Shown here piece after piece: positions 13,735 to 30,575 of a stretch of 64,000 bases of DNA. The position numbers and the translations under genes were made by a program. How positions within the stretch are numbered: position 1 is the first letter of the stretch; the number at the start of each line of letters is the position of its first letter. The stretch is from Escherichia coli (GTDB lineage: Bacteria; Pseudomonadota; Gammaproteobacteria; Enterobacterales; Enterobacteriaceae): NCBI RefSeq assembly GCF_048403405.1, contig NZ_CP183129.1. One strand, written 5' to 3'. The notes under the pieces are model-generated. The model saw only the letters and a list, made by a program, of their open reading frames with translations, did not search any database and was not told the DNA's origin.

Positions 13735-14886
13735 TTAATCAGCTTGCTTACGCAGGAATGCTGGGATATCCAGATAATCCGGCTCTTTCGCAGTTTGCGG
13801 CGCATTGTCATTCACAACTTTAGCAACCGGCTTCTGCTCCTGGGTCAGCGGAGCCATCCCGTGCTGCTGGTAGCGATCCATCACTGGCTGCTGAACCTGC
13901 TTATTGGTCACCAGAGTGATTTCAGGACGTTTGTCCATGCCGATACCTGTCGCAACAACAGTTACACGCAGCTCGTCATTCATATCCGGGTCAAGAGAAG
14001 TACCGATAACCACAGTCGCGTTGTCGGAAGCAAATGCACGGATGGTGTTACCTACCGTTTCGAACTCATCCAGACGCAGGTCGAAGCCCGCTGTGATGTT
14101 AACCAGCACGCCGCGCGCGCCAGACAGGTCGATATCTTCAAGCAGCGGAGAAGAGATAGCCATTTCAGCAGCTTCTTCCGCACGGTCTTCACCGCTCGCC
14201 ACGCCAGAACCCATCATTGCGTAGCCCATTTCAGACATTACGGTGCGTACGTCTGCAAAGTCCACGTTCATCAAACCCGGACGAGTAATCAGTTCGGCGA
14301 TACCTTGCACAGCGCCTTTGAGTACATCGTTCGCTGCGCCAAACGCATCCAGCAGGGAGATACCGCGGCCCAGAACTTTCAGCAGTTTGTCGTTCGGGAT
14401 AGTGATCAGAGAGTCCACATGTTTGGACAGTTCAGTGATCCCCTGCTCCGCGAATGCCATACGCTTCTTGCCTTCAAAGTTGAAAGGCTTAGTGACGACA
14501 GCAACGGTCAGGATACCCAAATCTTTTGCCACTTCAGCGACGACTGGAGCTGCGCCTGTACCGGTACCACCACCCATACCCGCAGCAATAAAGACCATGT
14601 CTGCACCTTCCAGCGCCGCACGCAGTGCATCGCGATCCTCATCAGCCGCATTACGGCCAACTTCTGGATTAGCGCCAGCGCCCAGTCCTTTGGTGATACC
14701 GCTACCGATTTGAATCGTCTGTCCAACCGCTGTTTTACGCAGCGCTTGTGCATCGGTATTTACCGCGAAGAATTCAACACCTTCAATGCGCTCGCGCACC
14801 ATGTGTTCAACAGCATTACCGCCGCCGCCGCCGACGCCGATGACTTTAATCACCGCGTCATTGGTAAGTTCCATTGGTTCAAACAT
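13735..14886 (-). CDS. ftsZ: Cell division GTPase FtsZ (383 aa)
   Basis: Tubulin signature GGGTGTG; full length. Confidence 0.98.
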
Positions 14887-14946
14887 AGTTTCTCTCCGAT
14901 TTGTGCCTGTCGCCTGAGGCCGTAATCATCGTCGGCCTCATAAAAA

Positions 14947-16209
14947 TTAAAACTCTTTTCGCAGCCAACTATTGAGTCGCTTGATCCACGAGCCAACTGA
15001 TGCTGTAACACGTTTTTCTACTTCAGCTTCACCGTTAAGATGTGACTCTTTTCCATAGTGAAGCAATCCCACCGCCGTCGAATAATACGGCTCCTGAGCA
15101 TAATCCGTTAAACCGGTAATGTTCAGCGGCGCGCCGATACGCACTTGCGTATGAAACACGCGCTGAGCACAGGCTGCAAGACCTTCAATCTGCGCTGCGC
15201 CACCAGTTAATACAATGCCTGCCGCCAGGTGATGTTTAACCCCTTGTTGGCGAAGCTTTTCCTGCAACTGCAATATCTCTTCGTTGACCAGGTTGAGCAG
15301 CTCGGTATAGCGCGGCTCGATCACCTCTGCCAGGGTCTGACGTTGCAGACTCCGCGGCGGACGACCGCCTACGCTCGGCACTTCCACGCTCTCATCTTTT
15401 CCAACGATGGAACCCAGCGCACAACCGTGGCGAACTTTAATCGCTTCGGCGTCGCTTGGCGGCGTGCCAAAGGCGTAAGCGATATCACTGGTCACGACAT
15501 TGCCAGCATAAGGAATTACCTTAGTGTGGCGCAATGCCCCACCGGTATAAACGGCGATATCCATTGTACCACCACCGATATCGACGACGCAGACACCCAG
15601 TTCACGTTCATCTTCCGTCAATACCGAATAACTTGATGCCAGTCCAGCAAATATCAGTTGGTCAACTTTCAGCCCACAACGTTCAACCGCTTTGACGATG
15701 TTTTTCGCCATATCGTTGTGACATGTGATCAGGTGCACTTTTGCCTGCATCCGCACGCCCGAAAGTCCTACCGGATTCTTGATCCCTTCCTGATAGTCAA
15801 TCGCATACTCTTGCGGGATCACATGCAGCACACGGTGTTCATCGCGCACACGCACCGATTTCGCGGTATGGACGACGTTTTCCACATCTTCTTGCGTTAC
15901 TTCTTCTTCAGAAATAGGCACCATACCAATTTCATTCTGGCAGCTGATGTGCTTACCAGAAAGCGCCAGATATACCGAAGAGATCTGACAATCTGCCATC
16001 AATTCTGCCTGGTCAATGGCGCGTTGTACGCACTTGACCACGGATTCGAGGTCGTTCACCCCGCCTTTATCCATACCACGCGACGGGCAGCTGCCCACGC
16101 CAATGATATTGACCATACCGTCGGGCAGAACTTCCCCTACTAAAGCGGCAACCTTCGCGGTACCAATCTCCAGTCCTACTACCAGTTTTCTGTCCGTCGC
16201 CTTGATCAT
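14947..16209 (-). CDS. ftsA: Cell division protein FtsA (420 aa)
   Basis: Actin-like ATPase; order ftsQ-ftsA-ftsZ. Confidence 0.98.
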   Translation of the reverse strand: MIKATDRKLVVGLEIGTAKVAALVGEVLPDGMVNIIGVGSCPSRGMDKGGVNDLESVVKCVQRAIDQAELMADCQISSVYLALSGKHISCQNEIGMVPISEEEVTQEDVENVVHTAKSVRVRDEHRVLHVIPQEYAIDYQEGIKNPVGLSGVRMQAKVHLITCHNDMAKNIVKAVERCGLKVDQLIFAGLASSYSVLTEDERELGVCVVDIGGGTMDIAVYTGGALRHTKVIPYAGNVVTSDIAYAFGTPPSDAEAIKVRHGCALGSIVGKDESVEVPSVGGRPPRSLQRQTLAEVIEPRYTELLNLVNEEILQLQEKLRQQGVKHHLAAGIVLTGGAAQIEGLAACAQRVFHTQVRIGAPLNITGLTDYAQEPYYSTAVGLLHYGKESHLNGEAEVEKRVTASVGSWIKRLNSWLRKEF

Positions 16210-17036
16210 TGTTGTTCTGCCTGTGCCTGATTTTGTTGCTGAGTAGATTCCTCTGGCGGCAAGGGCGCCCAGCCTACTGCCGCTCCAGAGTCATAACGCA
16301 AATCAACGTAGCTAATCCGTTTGCCATCGGTTTGCGCCTGCTGCTGTAAAACCGGATAAAGTTCTACAAAGCGAGCCAAACGTTTCATCGTATCGCCCCG
16401 GCCAAGATTGAGCTTAATATCGTTATTCAGCGTCAACTGCCAGGAACGCCGCGCGGTCATCGCCGCTTCCTTCAGAGTAAATCTGTCCTTTGCCAGCATC
16501 TGCCCCATTTCGCGATAGCCCTGCAACACTTCATTGGCGCTGCCTTCCGGGCCATACAGCATTGGAAGCACCTGCTTGCTGGTGCGATCTGGCGGCACGC
16601 TGAAAGTGTTTCCTTCCGCGTCTACCATATGTTGATCATTCCACCGCGCAATCGGCACATATTCAACCAGATGAATCTTCAATTCATCAGGCCACTGCTT
16701 TCTGACGCTCACCTGCTTAATCCACGGCAGGCGTTGTTCTATTTGCGTCTGGATGATGTTGACATCCTGGGTCATAAAGGTACCTGGCTCACCCAATGCC
16801 AGGATCGACTGCCGGATATCGTCATTACGCGTGTAATGGCGTTCACCGGTCAACACCAGCTTTGAGAGCGGCAGGCGTTGCACATCTTCCATCCAGCCCA
16901 ACACGACCCAGCCGCTCACCAACACTGTCGTTAAAACGGTCAGCAGGAAAAGGATCCCCGCCAGACGCGTTCCATTATTGCGGCGAGAAGAAACCTCTTC
17001 TTCGCTGTTTCGCGTGTTCAGAGCAGCCTGCGACAT
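16206..17036 (-). CDS. ftsQ: Cell division protein FtsQ (276 aa)
   Basis: ORF track; 4-bp overlap with ftsA. Confidence 0.97.
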   Translation of the reverse strand: MSQAALNTRNSEEEVSSRRNNGTRLAGILFLLTVLTTVLVSGWVVLGWMEDVQRLPLSKLVLTGERHYTRNDDIRQSILALGEPGTFMTQDVNIIQTQIEQRLPWIKQVSVRKQWPDELKIHLVEYVPIARWNDQHMVDAEGNTFSVPPDRTSKQVLPMLYGPEGSANEVLQGYREMGQMLAKDRFTLKEAAMTARRSWQLTLNNDIKLNLGRGDTMKRLARFVELYPVLQQQAQTDGKRISYVDLRYDSGAAVGWAPLPPEESTQQQNQAQAEQQ

Positions 17037-17037
17037 A

Positions 17038-19426
<2,389 letters not shown>

Positions 19427-19479
19427 TCTTTACGCCATTAACTTCTTAAATTCATACGATGCAAAAGGCATCGCTACAA

Positions 19480-20547
19480 TTACGCCCGGGCAGCCCGGCT
19501 CACTTCATTTGCCACTCGCTCGGTGGCATCCGGAATGGATGCGGCACGGGCGCGTTCTGCCATGGTTAATAAGGTTTCTCGCGACCACCCGGCCAGGGTG
19601 TTGGCGACAGCATCCACGCTAAGCTGTGGCTGCTCGATAATTTTGGCTGCGCCCGCTTTTTCCAGCGGTAGCGCATTCCAGTATTGCTGGCGGTCTTTAT
19701 GTTGAAACGGCACAAACAACGCCGGTAGTCCTGCCGCGGCGATTTCACTCACCGTTAACGCACCGGAGCGGCAAACGACGACATCCGCCCACGCATACGC
19801 CGCCGCCATATCATCAATAAATTCCGTCACTTTATGCTGCGGTTGCCCCGCTTCGGCATACGCCTGTTCAACGGATTGTTGCGAACCTTTGCCGCTCTGA
19901 TGCCAGATAGTGACTGAATCACCCAGTTTCGCAGCAACCTGCGGCATTGTCTGGTTAAGAATGCGTGCGCCCTGGGAACCACCCACTACCAACACACGAA
20001 CCGGACCTTCACGTCCAGCCAAACGTTGCTGCGGCAACGGCAGCGCCAGCACATCGGTACGCACCGGGTTACCCACCACTTCCGCATTAGGGAAAGCGCC
20101 TGGAAACGCCTGCATCACTTTGGTAGCAATCTTCGCCAGCCATTTATTGGTTAAGCCCGCAATACCGTTTTGTTCATGAAGCACAACCGGAATGCCTAAC
20201 GACCACGCGGCCAGACCACCTGGACCTGATACGTAGCCGCCCATACCGAGCACCACGTCAGGTTTGTACGCTTTCATAATCGCCCGCGCCTGACGCCAGG
20301 CGTTGAAGATACGCAGCGGGGCAGCTATCAGTGCTTTTATACCTTTTCCACGCAGACCAGAGATACGAATGAAATCAATTTCGATGCCATGTTTTGGCAC
20401 TAAGTCCGCTTCCATACGGTCGGCAGTCCCCAGCCAGCGAACTTGCCAACCCTGAGCCATTAGATGGTGCGCAACCGCCAGCCCCGGGAATACATGTCCA
20501 CCGGTTCCGCCTGCCATCACCATTAATCGCTTTCCTTGACCACTCAT
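19480..20547 (-). CDS. murG: Lipid II synthase MurG glycosyltransferase (355 aa)
   Basis: ORF track; conserved position. Confidence 0.97.
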
Positions 20548-21788
20548 CGTGAACCTCGTACAAACGCCTGCGCTTTCTCCAGACGCGTTTCATAATCAAT
20601 ACGCAACAGCATCATGATGGCTGTCGACATAATCAGTAAGCTCGAACCACCGTAACTGATCAGCGGCAATGTCAGACCTTTGGTCGGTAACATCCCCGCC
20701 GCCGCGCCTACGTTAACCAGCGCCTGGAAGCTAAACCAGATGCCAATGGAACAGGCGAGAAAACCGGAAAAACGGTGGTCAATTTCTAACGCTTTGCGGC
20801 CAATCGACATCGCACGAAAAGCGACGAAGAATACCATTAAAAGTGCCAGCACCACACCGACATACCCCAGTTCTTCGCCGATAATGGCGAAAATAAAGTC
20901 AGTGTGCGCTTCCGGCAGATACTCCAGTTTTTGTACCGAGTTACCTAAGCCTTGCCCCCAAAGTTCGCCGCGACCAAACGCCATCAGCGATTGCGTTAAC
21001 TGATAGCCGCTGCCAAAGGGATCTTCCCACGGGTTCCAGAATGCGGTAACACGGCGGATACGGTACGGTTCGGCGAGGATCAGCAACACAACCGCTGAAA
21101 TGCCCATACCGATAATGGCAATGAACTGCCACAATTTCGCTCCCGCCAGGAATAACATCGCCAGCGTAGTCACAAACAACACCACCACCGTACCAAGGTC
21201 TGGCTGTGCCAGCAGTAACACTGCCAACACCAGAATCACGCCCATCGGTTTCAGGAAGCCGCGCAGGTTATTACGTACTTCGTCGCCTTTACGCACCAGA
21301 TAGTTGGCGATATAGCAAAACAACGACAGTTTTGTCAGCTCCGCAGGCTGGATACGCAGCAAGCCGAGATCGATCCAACGCGATGCCCCTTTAACAGAGC
21401 TACCCACTACCAGAACGATCATCAACAGGATGATTGATCCGAGTAGCATCGTAGCGCTGTAACGTTGCCAGAACTCCATCGGCAGACGCAGCGTAATGAT
21501 CGCCAGAATGAATGCCAGGATCAGATAGACGCCATCACGCTTCGCGAAGAAGAACGGATCGTTGGTTAAGCGTTGCCCTATGGGCATTGACGCCGAGGTC
21601 ACCATGATAAAGCCAATCGCCGCGAGGCCGAAGGTCAGCCACAGTAAGGTGCGATCGTACATGATCAGGCTGTCGGTATCTTTTTCCCGCGAGCCCATCA
21701 CCCAGCCCTTTAGCGCCGTGGAGATCCAGACCAGAATACTGAATCCTGGCAGGCGCGGCATTTTCAGGCGAGGGAGAGATAAACGCAT
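20544..21788 (-). CDS. ftsW: Peptidoglycan glycosyltransferase FtsW (414 aa; second Met of track ORF)
   Basis: SEDS family polytopic membrane protein; start overlaps murD stop. Confidence 0.95.
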
Positions 21789-23104
21789 CAACCTAACTCC
21801 TTCGCCAGACGGGCAAACTCATTGCCTCGTTGTTCAAAGTTCTTGAACTGATCAAGGCTGGCACAGGCCGGGGAGAGCAGAACCATATCGCCCGGCTGAA
21901 CACGCGGAGCCAGCAAGCGCATCGCCTGTTCCATGGTTTCGGTTTGTTCTGCCACTTCCGGGCGTAGCGCCGCCAGCTGCGCGCCGTCCCGACCGAAACA
22001 ATACAGACGTACGTTATCGCCATTCAGGTAACGCGCCAGTGGGCTAAAATCTGCCGATTTACCATCGCCGCCCAGCAACAAATGCAGCGTGCCGTCTACG
22101 TGCAGGCCATTCAGTGCCGCTTCCGTACTGCCGACGTTGGTCGCTTTTGAATCGTTAATCCAGCGCACACCGTTATGCTCCAGCACAACTTCAAAGCGAT
22201 GCGGCAGACCAGTGAATGTGGTTAACGCTTTCAGGCTGCTGGCGCGCGGCAAACCAGCGGCATCTGCCAGTGCCAGTGCTGCGAGCGCATTGGTGTAGTT
22301 ATGCTGCCCGGAAAGTTTCATTTCTTTCACGTTCAGCACTTTCTCGCCTTTCACCCGCAGCCAGGTTTCGCCCTGCTGATGATTCAGGTGATAGTCACCC
22401 ATGTTGATGCCAAAGCTGACGCAGCGTTCATCCGCACCGCGAATCGGCATTGTTAAGGCATCATCAGCATTAACCACGCAAATTTTTGCGTTTTCGTAAA
22501 TGCGCAGTTTTGCTGCACGATACTGTTGTAAACCAAACGGATAGCGATCCATATGATCTTCAGTTACGTTCAGAATGGTCGCTGCTACCGCCTGTAAACT
22601 GGAGGTGGTTTCAAGCTGGAAGCTCGACAGCTCCAGCACGTACAGTTCGCACTCATCATCCAGCAGCATCAACGCAGGCAGGCCAATATTGCCACCCACA
22701 CCAACGTTAACCCCCGCCGCTTTCGCCATTTCACCCACTAGAGTGGTGACCGTGCTTTTGCCGTTAGAACCGGTGATCGCCACAATCGGTGCTTGTGCTT
22801 CACGACAGAACAGCTCGATATCGCCAACGATTTCGATTCCGGCATCAGCGGCAGCGCTTAAGGATGGATGCGCCAGTGCAATACCGGGACTGGCGACAAT
22901 CAGATCTGCCGCCATCAGCCATTCATCATTCAGACCGCCCGTGTGGCGTTCTACGGCTTCGGGTAATTTATCCAGGCCAGGCGGTGTCATACGCGTATCC
23001 ATAACGCGCGGCGTCACACCGCGAGCGAGGAAAAAGTCCACGCAAGAAAGCCCGGTGAGGCCCAGGCCGATAATGACGACATTTTTACCCTGGTAATCAG
23101 CCAT
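21788..23104 (-). CDS. murD: UDP-MurNAc-L-Ala--D-Glu ligase MurD (438 aa)
   Basis: ORF track; Mur ligase. Confidence 0.97.
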
Positions 23105-23106
23105 GA

Positions 23107-24189
23107 TTAACGTACCTTCAGCGTTGCCAGACCAATCAGGACCAGCATCAGCGAAATAATCCAGAAACGTACAATGACGCGCGGTTCCGGCCAGCCTTTC
23201 AGTTCATAGTGGTGATGAATCGGTGCCATGCGGAAAATACGTTGTCCGCGCAGTTTAAAGGAGCCGACCTGCAGGATGACGGAAAGTGTTTCTACCACGA
23301 ACACGCCCCCCATAATCACCAGCAGGAATTCCTGACGCAGCAGTACGGCGATAATACCTAACGCACCACCTAACGCCAGCGAACCGACATCGCCCATAAA
23401 GACCTGCGCCGGATAGGTGTTAAACCACAGGAAGCCCAGCCCTGCCCCGACTATCGCGGTACAGACAATGACCAGTTCCCCGGCGTGTCGTAGATACGGT
23501 ATGTGTAAATAGCTGGCAAAGTTCATGTTGCCGGTCGCCCACGCCACCAGCGCAAAACCACCGGCGACAAATACGGTCGGCATAATTGCCAGACCGTCGA
23601 GACCATCAGTCAGGTTTACCGCGTTGCCTGTACCCACAATGACGAAGTAAGCCAGCAGAATGTAGAACAGCCCCAGTTGCGGCATCACATCTTTAAAGAA
23701 CGGAACCACCAGCTGCGTTGCGGGCGTGTCTTTGCCGGCAAGGTACAGCGCGAAGGCAACACCCAGCGCAATGACCGACATCCAGAAATACTTCCAACGA
23801 GCGATCAACCCTTTGGTGTCTTTACGCACCACTTTGCGATAGTCATCAACAAAGCCAATGATGCCGTAACCTACCAGCACCACCAGTACGCACCAGACGT
23901 ACGGATTGGATGGATAAGCCCACAGCAGCACGGAGATCACAATCGCTGTCAGGATCATAATCCCGCCCATGGTCGGCGTACCACGCTTGCTGAAGTGTGA
24001 TTCAGGACCGTCGTTACGCACTACCTGACCAAAGGAAAGTTTTTGCAAATGAGCAATCATACGCGGGCCCATCCACAATGAGATGAACAGCGCGGTCAGC
24101 AGGCTGACGATGGCGCGAAACGTCAGATAGGAAAAGACGTTAAAGCCGGAATAATATTTGACCAAATGTTCGGCCAGCCAAACTAACAT
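23107..24189 (-). CDS. mraY: Phospho-MurNAc-pentapeptide translocase MraY (360 aa)
   Basis: ORF track; polytopic membrane protein. Confidence 0.97.
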
Positions 24190-25541
24190 GTCCCATTCTC
24201 CTGTAAAGCGCGTACTACCTCTTCCATGGCAGCACTACGTGAACCCTTAACTAAAATCGTAATTACCTGTTGCTCAGCAATCAGTGATTTAAGACGCGCG
24301 ATAAGCGCAGTTTTATCGGAAAAATGTTCGCCAACGCCGCTAGCGGTGCTGATAGCATGGCTTTGTTTGCCCACGCTTAACACGCGGTCAATACCAGCTG
24401 CTTTTGCCGCTTCGCCCACCTGTATATGGCAGGCTTCGCTTTCAGCGCCCAGTTCCGCCATATCGCCCACCACCAGCACGCGGTAGCCCGGCATTTCAGC
24501 CAGTACCTGGACTGCTGCAGTCATTGAACCAACATTGGCGTTGTAGGAGTCGTCGAGCAGCAACTGGTTTTCCGCCAGTTGGATGGGGAACAGACGGCCT
24601 GGAACAGCTTTCAGATTTGCCAGCCCCGCTTTGATAGCATCAAGCGTTGCGCCCACGGACATGGAGAGCGCAGCGGCTGCCAGCGCATTCGCAATATTGT
24701 GACGCCCTGGAAGCGGCAGCAGAACATCGACGCTACCTGTTGGGGTTTGGAGGGTAAATTCCGTACCGTGCGAAGTCACATGGATGTTGGTGGCGGTGAA
24801 ATCGCTGTTGGCGGCATTGGGTGAGAAACGCCACACTTTGCGTGAGCCAATTACGCTCTGCCAGTTCAGCCAGTCGTTGTTGTCAGCGTTCATGATGGCG
24901 ATACCGTTTTCCGGCAGGCCGCTAAAGATTTCACCTTTCGCTTTCGCGACACCCGCAAGCGAGCCAAAACCTTCCAGATGCGCCGCTGCCAGGTTGTTGA
25001 CCAGCGCCGCTTCCGGGCGAGTCAGACTCACAGTCCAGGCAATTTCGCCCTGATGGTTCGCGCCAAGTTCAATAACTGCGTAATCGTATTCCGGCGTTAA
25101 GCGCAACAGCGTCATCGGTACACCGATATCGTTGTTGAGATTGCCTGCCGTATAAAGCGTGTTGCCGCACTGGCTTAAAATCGCCGCCGTCATCTCTTTA
25201 ACGGAGGTTTTGCCGGAGGAACCCGTCAGAGCAACCACGCGCGCCGGAACTTGCTGGCGAACCCATGCAGCCAGTTCACCAAACGCCAGACGCGTATCCT
25301 TGACGATTAACTGCGGCAGATCGATATCCAGCGGACGGCTGACCAGTAGTGCGCCCGCGCCGCCAGCTTTCGCCTGGTCGGCAAAATCATGAGCATCGAA
25401 ACGTTCGCCTTTCAGGGCAACAAACAGGCAGCCCGGCGTCAGTTTTCGTGTGTCAGTGGTTACAGCATCAAGGGTAATATCTGCACCTTGCAGTTCACCG
25501 TTGAGAATATCGGTAAGTTGGCTAAGGGTTACGCTAATCAT
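24183..25541 (-). CDS. murF: UDP-MurNAc-tripeptide--D-Ala-D-Ala ligase MurF (452 aa)
   Basis: ORF track; Mur ligase GSSGKTS. Confidence 0.97.
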
Positions 25542-27025
25542 GCAATCACCCCCAGCAGACGCGCCACCGTGACGCGATCGGAGTAATCCAGACGCTGATT
25601 GCCAACAATCTGGTAATCCTCATGACCTTTGCCCGCGACCAGTACCACATCATTCTCTTTAGCCTGCATAACAGCGCAAGTCACCGCTTCAGCACGGCCT
25701 TCCATCACTTTGGCATGTCCGGCATCTAACATTCCCGCCAGAATATCGTTGATGATGGCACGCGGTTCTTCGGTACGCGGGTTATCGTCCGTCACCACCG
25801 CCACGTCAGCAAACTCTTCAGCAATTGCGCCCATCAGTGGACGTTTGCCTTTATCACGATCGCCACCACAGCCAAAGACGCACCACAGCTTGCCCGCACA
25901 GTGCAGGCGCGCCGCCTGTAAGGCTTTTTCCAGTGCATCTGGCGTATGCGCGTAATCCACCACCACCGTCGGTTTGCCTGGTGCAGTGAACACTTCCATA
26001 CGTCCGCAAACCGGTTGCAGACGCGCGGCAGTTTTCAGCAGGTCAGCCAACGGATAGCCCAGCGCCAGCAGCGTCGCCAGCGCCAGCAGCAAGTTGCTGA
26101 CGTTAAAAGCGCCCATCAGATGGCTTTCAATTTCGCCATCGCCCCAGCTTGAGCTAAAGCGAATAGTCGCACCGCTGTCGTGATAGTTCACTTCAGTCGC
26201 TTTCAACCAGCGTCCGTGACAGTTCGGATTGATATGATCTTCCATTGATACCGCAACCGCGTCCGGCAGTTTTGCCAGCCAGCGGCGACCCACTTCATCG
26301 TCGGCGTTAACAATCGCCTGACCGCAATGATGTGCAGAATAAAGCAGCCATTTCGCGGCTTCGTAGTGTTCCATATCACCATGATAATCAAGGTGATCGC
26401 GGCTTAAGTTGGTAAAGACCGACGCCGCAAATTTCAATGCCGCCACACGGTGCTGTACCAGCCCGTGGGAGGAAACTTCCATTGCGCAAAAAGTCGCGCC
26501 CTGATCCACCAGCCCCGCCAGCTCATGCTGAACATCGACTGCCGAACCGGTTGTATTTTCTGTCGGGATCACTTTCCCCAGCAGGCCGTTACCAACGGTG
26601 CCCATTACCGCGCTGGTTTCGCCAAGCAGTTGGCTCCACTGCGCCAGCAGCTGGGTCGTCGTGGTTTTGCCGTTGGTGCCCGTTACGCCCACGAGACGTA
26701 AATTGTCAGAGGGTTCATGGTAAAAGCGGCCCGCCAGTGCAGATAAACGCTCGTTGAGCTGGCTCAGATAGATGACCGGTACGCCGTGCATTTCACGGAT
26801 TTCACCGTCGGTCGCCTCATCTTTCGCCTCTGCAATAATGGCAGCCACACCTTGCGCTATCGCCTGCGGGATATATCGACGCCCGTCCGCCTGATGACCT
26901 ACTACAGCTACAAAGAGATCGCCCGCCGCAGCCACACGGCTGTCGAGTGTCATCTCTCGCAGTGCTCGCGAAGGTGCGTCTGGCACCCACGGAGCAAGAA
27001 GGTCGCGCAAATTACGATCTGCCAC
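25538..27025 (-). CDS. murE: UDP-MurNAc-L-Ala-D-Glu--meso-DAP ligase MurE (495 aa)
   Basis: ORF track; Mur ligase GTNGKTTTT. Confidence 0.97.
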
Positions 27026-28778
27026 CTGTCCCCTCGCCTTGATTAATCACAAATTCATTTTTATCGCCCGTTGTCAGCGCATCCGGCTCGATGTTCATGG
27101 TACGCAATACGCCGCCCATGATGGCACCAAAGACCGGCGCGGAAACGGCGCCGCCGTAGTATTTACCCGCCTGCGGATCGTTGATAACAACAACCAGCGC
27201 GAAGCGCGGCTGACTCGCAGGCGCAACGCCTGCGGTATAAGCAATATATTTATTGATGTAGCGACCGTCCGGCCCGACCTTTTTCGCGGTACCGGTTTTA
27301 ATGGCGATACGATAGCCCTTAATCGCCGCCTTCACGCCGCCACCACCCGGTAGCGCCACGCTTTCCATCATATGCACCACGGTGCGAACAATGGATTCCG
27401 GGAAGACTCGTTCACCGGGAACCGGGGGGTCAACTTTGGTAATCGACAGTGGGCGATAAATGCCGTAGCTGCCGATAGTTGCGTAGACTCGCGCTAACTG
27501 TAACGGTGTTACCATTAGCCCGTAGCCGAAAGAGAAGGTGGCCCTCTCTATGTCAGACCACCGTTGTTTTTGAGGATATAAGCCACTGCGTTCTCCGACC
27601 AACCCCAAATTGGTCGCTTTTCCCAGTCCAAAACGTGAGTAAGTATCTACTAACGCTGAGGACGGCATCGCTAACGCCAGCTTGGAAACACCGACGTTAC
27701 TCGACTTCTGTAATACCCCGGTCAGGGTTAATTCGCTGTAGCGTGCCACGTCTTTGATTTCGTGGCCGTTAATTCGATAAGGAATGGTATTGAGTACCGA
27801 GTTTTCCCGCACCACGCCACGTTGCAACGCGGTCATCACCACCATCGGTTTAACCGTTGAGCCCGGTTCAAACACGTCGGTGATGGTACGGTTACGCATC
27901 GCCTCTTTCGGCGTGCCGCTCAGATTGTTAGGGTTGTATGACGGACTGTTAGCCATCGCCAGCACTTCACCGGTGTTGACATCCACCAGCACGGCGCTAC
28001 CAGATTCAGCCTTGTTAAAGGCCACCGCGTTGTTCAGTTCGCGATAAACCAGCGCCTGCAAGCGTTCATCAATACTCAGCGCCAGGTTGTGCGCTGCCTG
28101 GCTGTCAGTAGAAGAAATATCTTCAATTACGCGACCATAGCGGTCTTTACGCACAATGCGCTCACCCGGCTGCCCGGTAAGCCATTTATCGAAACTCTTC
28201 TCGACGCCCTCAATCCCCTGACTATCGACGTTAGTAAAGCCGATGAGGTGAGCGGTCACTTCGCCGGATGGATAATAACGGCGAGATTCTTCACGCAGAT
28301 GAATCCCCGGCAGTTTCAGTTTTTTGATGTACTCTGCCATGTCAGGGTTTACCTGACGCGCCAGATAAATAAAGCGCCCTTTCGGGTTGGCGTTAATGCG
28401 GGCTGAAAGCTGATCCAGCGGAATATTGAGTGCGTTAGCCAGCGCCTTCCAGCGATCACCGACGCTGATACCGCCAGCGTCATGCACTTCTTTCGGGTCA
28501 GCCCAAATCGCTTTAACCGGCACGCTCACCGCTAACGGGCGACCAGAACGGTCAGTAATCATGCCGCGGGAGGTGGAAACTTGCTGAACGCGAAGAGAAC
28601 GCATGTCGCCCTCTTTTACCAGCATATCCGGGGAGATAACTTGTAACCACGCTACGCGTCCGAGCAGAAAAGCCAGCGCCAGGAGAATACAGCCGCATAA
28701 CAACGCAAAACGCCAACTGATAAAGTTGGCATGTTCTTCCTGACGTTTTGGTTTCTGCGTTTTCGCCGCTGCTTTCAT
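27012..28778 (-). CDS. ftsI: Penicillin-binding protein 3 FtsI (588 aa)
   Basis: Transpeptidase motifs STVK, SSN, KTG. Confidence 0.98.
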
Positions 28779-28793
28779 GCGTCGCGTTTATCC

Positions 28794-29159
28794 TTATTTT
28801 TGCACTACGATATTTTCTTGTGACGGATCAACATGCTGCATTTGCAGCTTTTCCGTGGCGATCCTTTCCACCCGGCTATGGTCGCCGAGCGCATTCTCTT
28901 CAAGGATCAGGTTGCGCCATTCAATGTCTAAAGCATCTCGCTCCAGCACCAGTTGTTCGCGCTGAGCGGTCAGTAAACGGGTATGGTGCGCCGTGGTTAC
29001 CACAGTCACCGCCGTCAAAATAATGCAAATGAACAGGCAGAGTGGCAGCTTCCCAAATCGCAAAAGATCGTCACCGATAACACCAGGCAATGCATGGCGC
29101 TCGTGGCTTCCCATCGATCCTTTAACTTTGCTTAGAGCTTCTGTCACTCTGCTGATCAT
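28794..29159 (-). CDS. ftsL: Cell division protein FtsL (121 aa)
   Basis: Small bitopic protein between rsmH and ftsI. Confidence 0.95.
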
Positions 29160-30097
29160 GCGTTCGTCCTCTCTGCAATACGCAGAACTGAACTACGGGC
29201 ACGAGGGTTCTCAGCCACCTCTTCTTCGCCCGGCATTAACTTGCCTAGTGCTCGCAGCTGACGGCCACCCAGTTTTTTGAGCTGCTCTTCAGTCATCGGT
29301 AACCCTGCCGGAACTTGCGGACCGCGGCTGTTTTCACGCATAAAGCGTTTCACAATACGGTCTTCCAGCGAGTGGAAGCTGATGATCGAAAGCCGCCCAC
29401 CCGGGGCCAGCACGTTGAGCGAGCTTTTTAGCGCCTGCTCTATCTCCTCCAGTTCACTGTTTACCCAAATGCGCACCGCCTGGAAGGTCCGGGTCGCGGG
29501 ATGTTTAAACTTATCTTTCACCGGCGTTGCAGCAGCCACGACTTCCGCCAGTTCTTTGGTGCGGGTCATCGGCTGTTCGCGGTTACGCTCGACAATGGCG
29601 CGGGCAATGCGTTTGGCAAAACGCTCTTCACCATAGGTTTTCAATACCCAGGCGATATCGGCTTCTTCTGCGGTTTGTAGCCATTCAGCGGCTGACTGCC
29701 CACGGGTTGGGTCCATACGCATGTCCAGCGGACCATCGCGCATAAAGGAAAAGCCGCGTTCAGCATCATCAAGTTGCGGTGAAGAGACGCCAAGATCGAG
29801 GAGAATGCCGTCGATCTTGCCGATAAGATCGCGCTCGGCAACATATTCGCCCAGCGCGGAGAAAGGTCCGTGGATGATGGAGAAGCGCGGATCATCAATA
29901 GTCTTCGCAACGGAGATAGCCTGCGGGTCGCGATCGATCGCCAGCAAACGCCCCTCTTCGCCAAGCTGCGAGAGGATCAGACGTGAGTGACCACCGCGAC
30001 CAAAAGTCCCATCAATGTAGATGCCATCAGGACGGATATTGAGGCCATTAACGGCTTCATCCAGCAGCACCGTAGTATGTTTATAGTTTTCCATCAT
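29156..30097 (-). CDS. rsmH: 16S rRNA m4C1402 methyltransferase RsmH/MraW (313 aa; start at MMENYKHTT)
   Basis: Track ORF 29156..30226 carries an N-terminal extension; conserved start is internal. Confidence 0.93.
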
Positions 30098-30098
30098 T

Positions 30099-30557
30099 TT
30101 ATAGAGACAAGTCCTGCAGTCGCTCCGATAAGTCTCCGGTAGCCAACTGCTCTGCGTCGATATCTTCCTTGACCTGTTGATGCCAGGTTGTTTCATCCCA
30201 CAGCTCAAACTTGTTGAACTGTCCAACCAGCATCACTTCTTTTGTCAGCCCGGCATGTTGCCGCAGTACTGGCGCGATTAACAATCGACCTGCGCCATCC
30301 ATCTGACATTCGCTGGCATGACCTAACAGTAGGCGCTGCACACGGCGCTCAACCGGGTTCATGCTCGACAGACGCGATAATTTTTGCTCGATAATTTCCC
30401 ATTCAGGCAGGGGGTAAAGCAGCAGGCACGGGTGATGAATGTCAATGGTGCAAACCATTTGACCGGCAGCGTTCTCAAGCAGCTGTTCCCGATAACGGGT
30501 AGGCACTGATAAGCGCCCTTTGCTGTCGAGATTGACTAACGTTGCTCCCCGGAACAT
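30099..30557 (-). CDS. mraZ: Transcriptional regulator MraZ (152 aa; start at [11 protein letters not shown])
   Basis: Track ORF 30099..30593 from an upstream alternative start; conserved MraZ sequence. Confidence 0.93.
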
Positions 30558-30575
30558 GCCAGCCTCACCCCTTAT

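Noticed and set aside
13744-14925. 393-aa ORF on the plus strand spanning almost all of ftsZ
   Set aside because: Antisense to the universally conserved ftsZ; protein is low-complexity and R/H/C-rich with no recognisable domain; considered a frame artefact.
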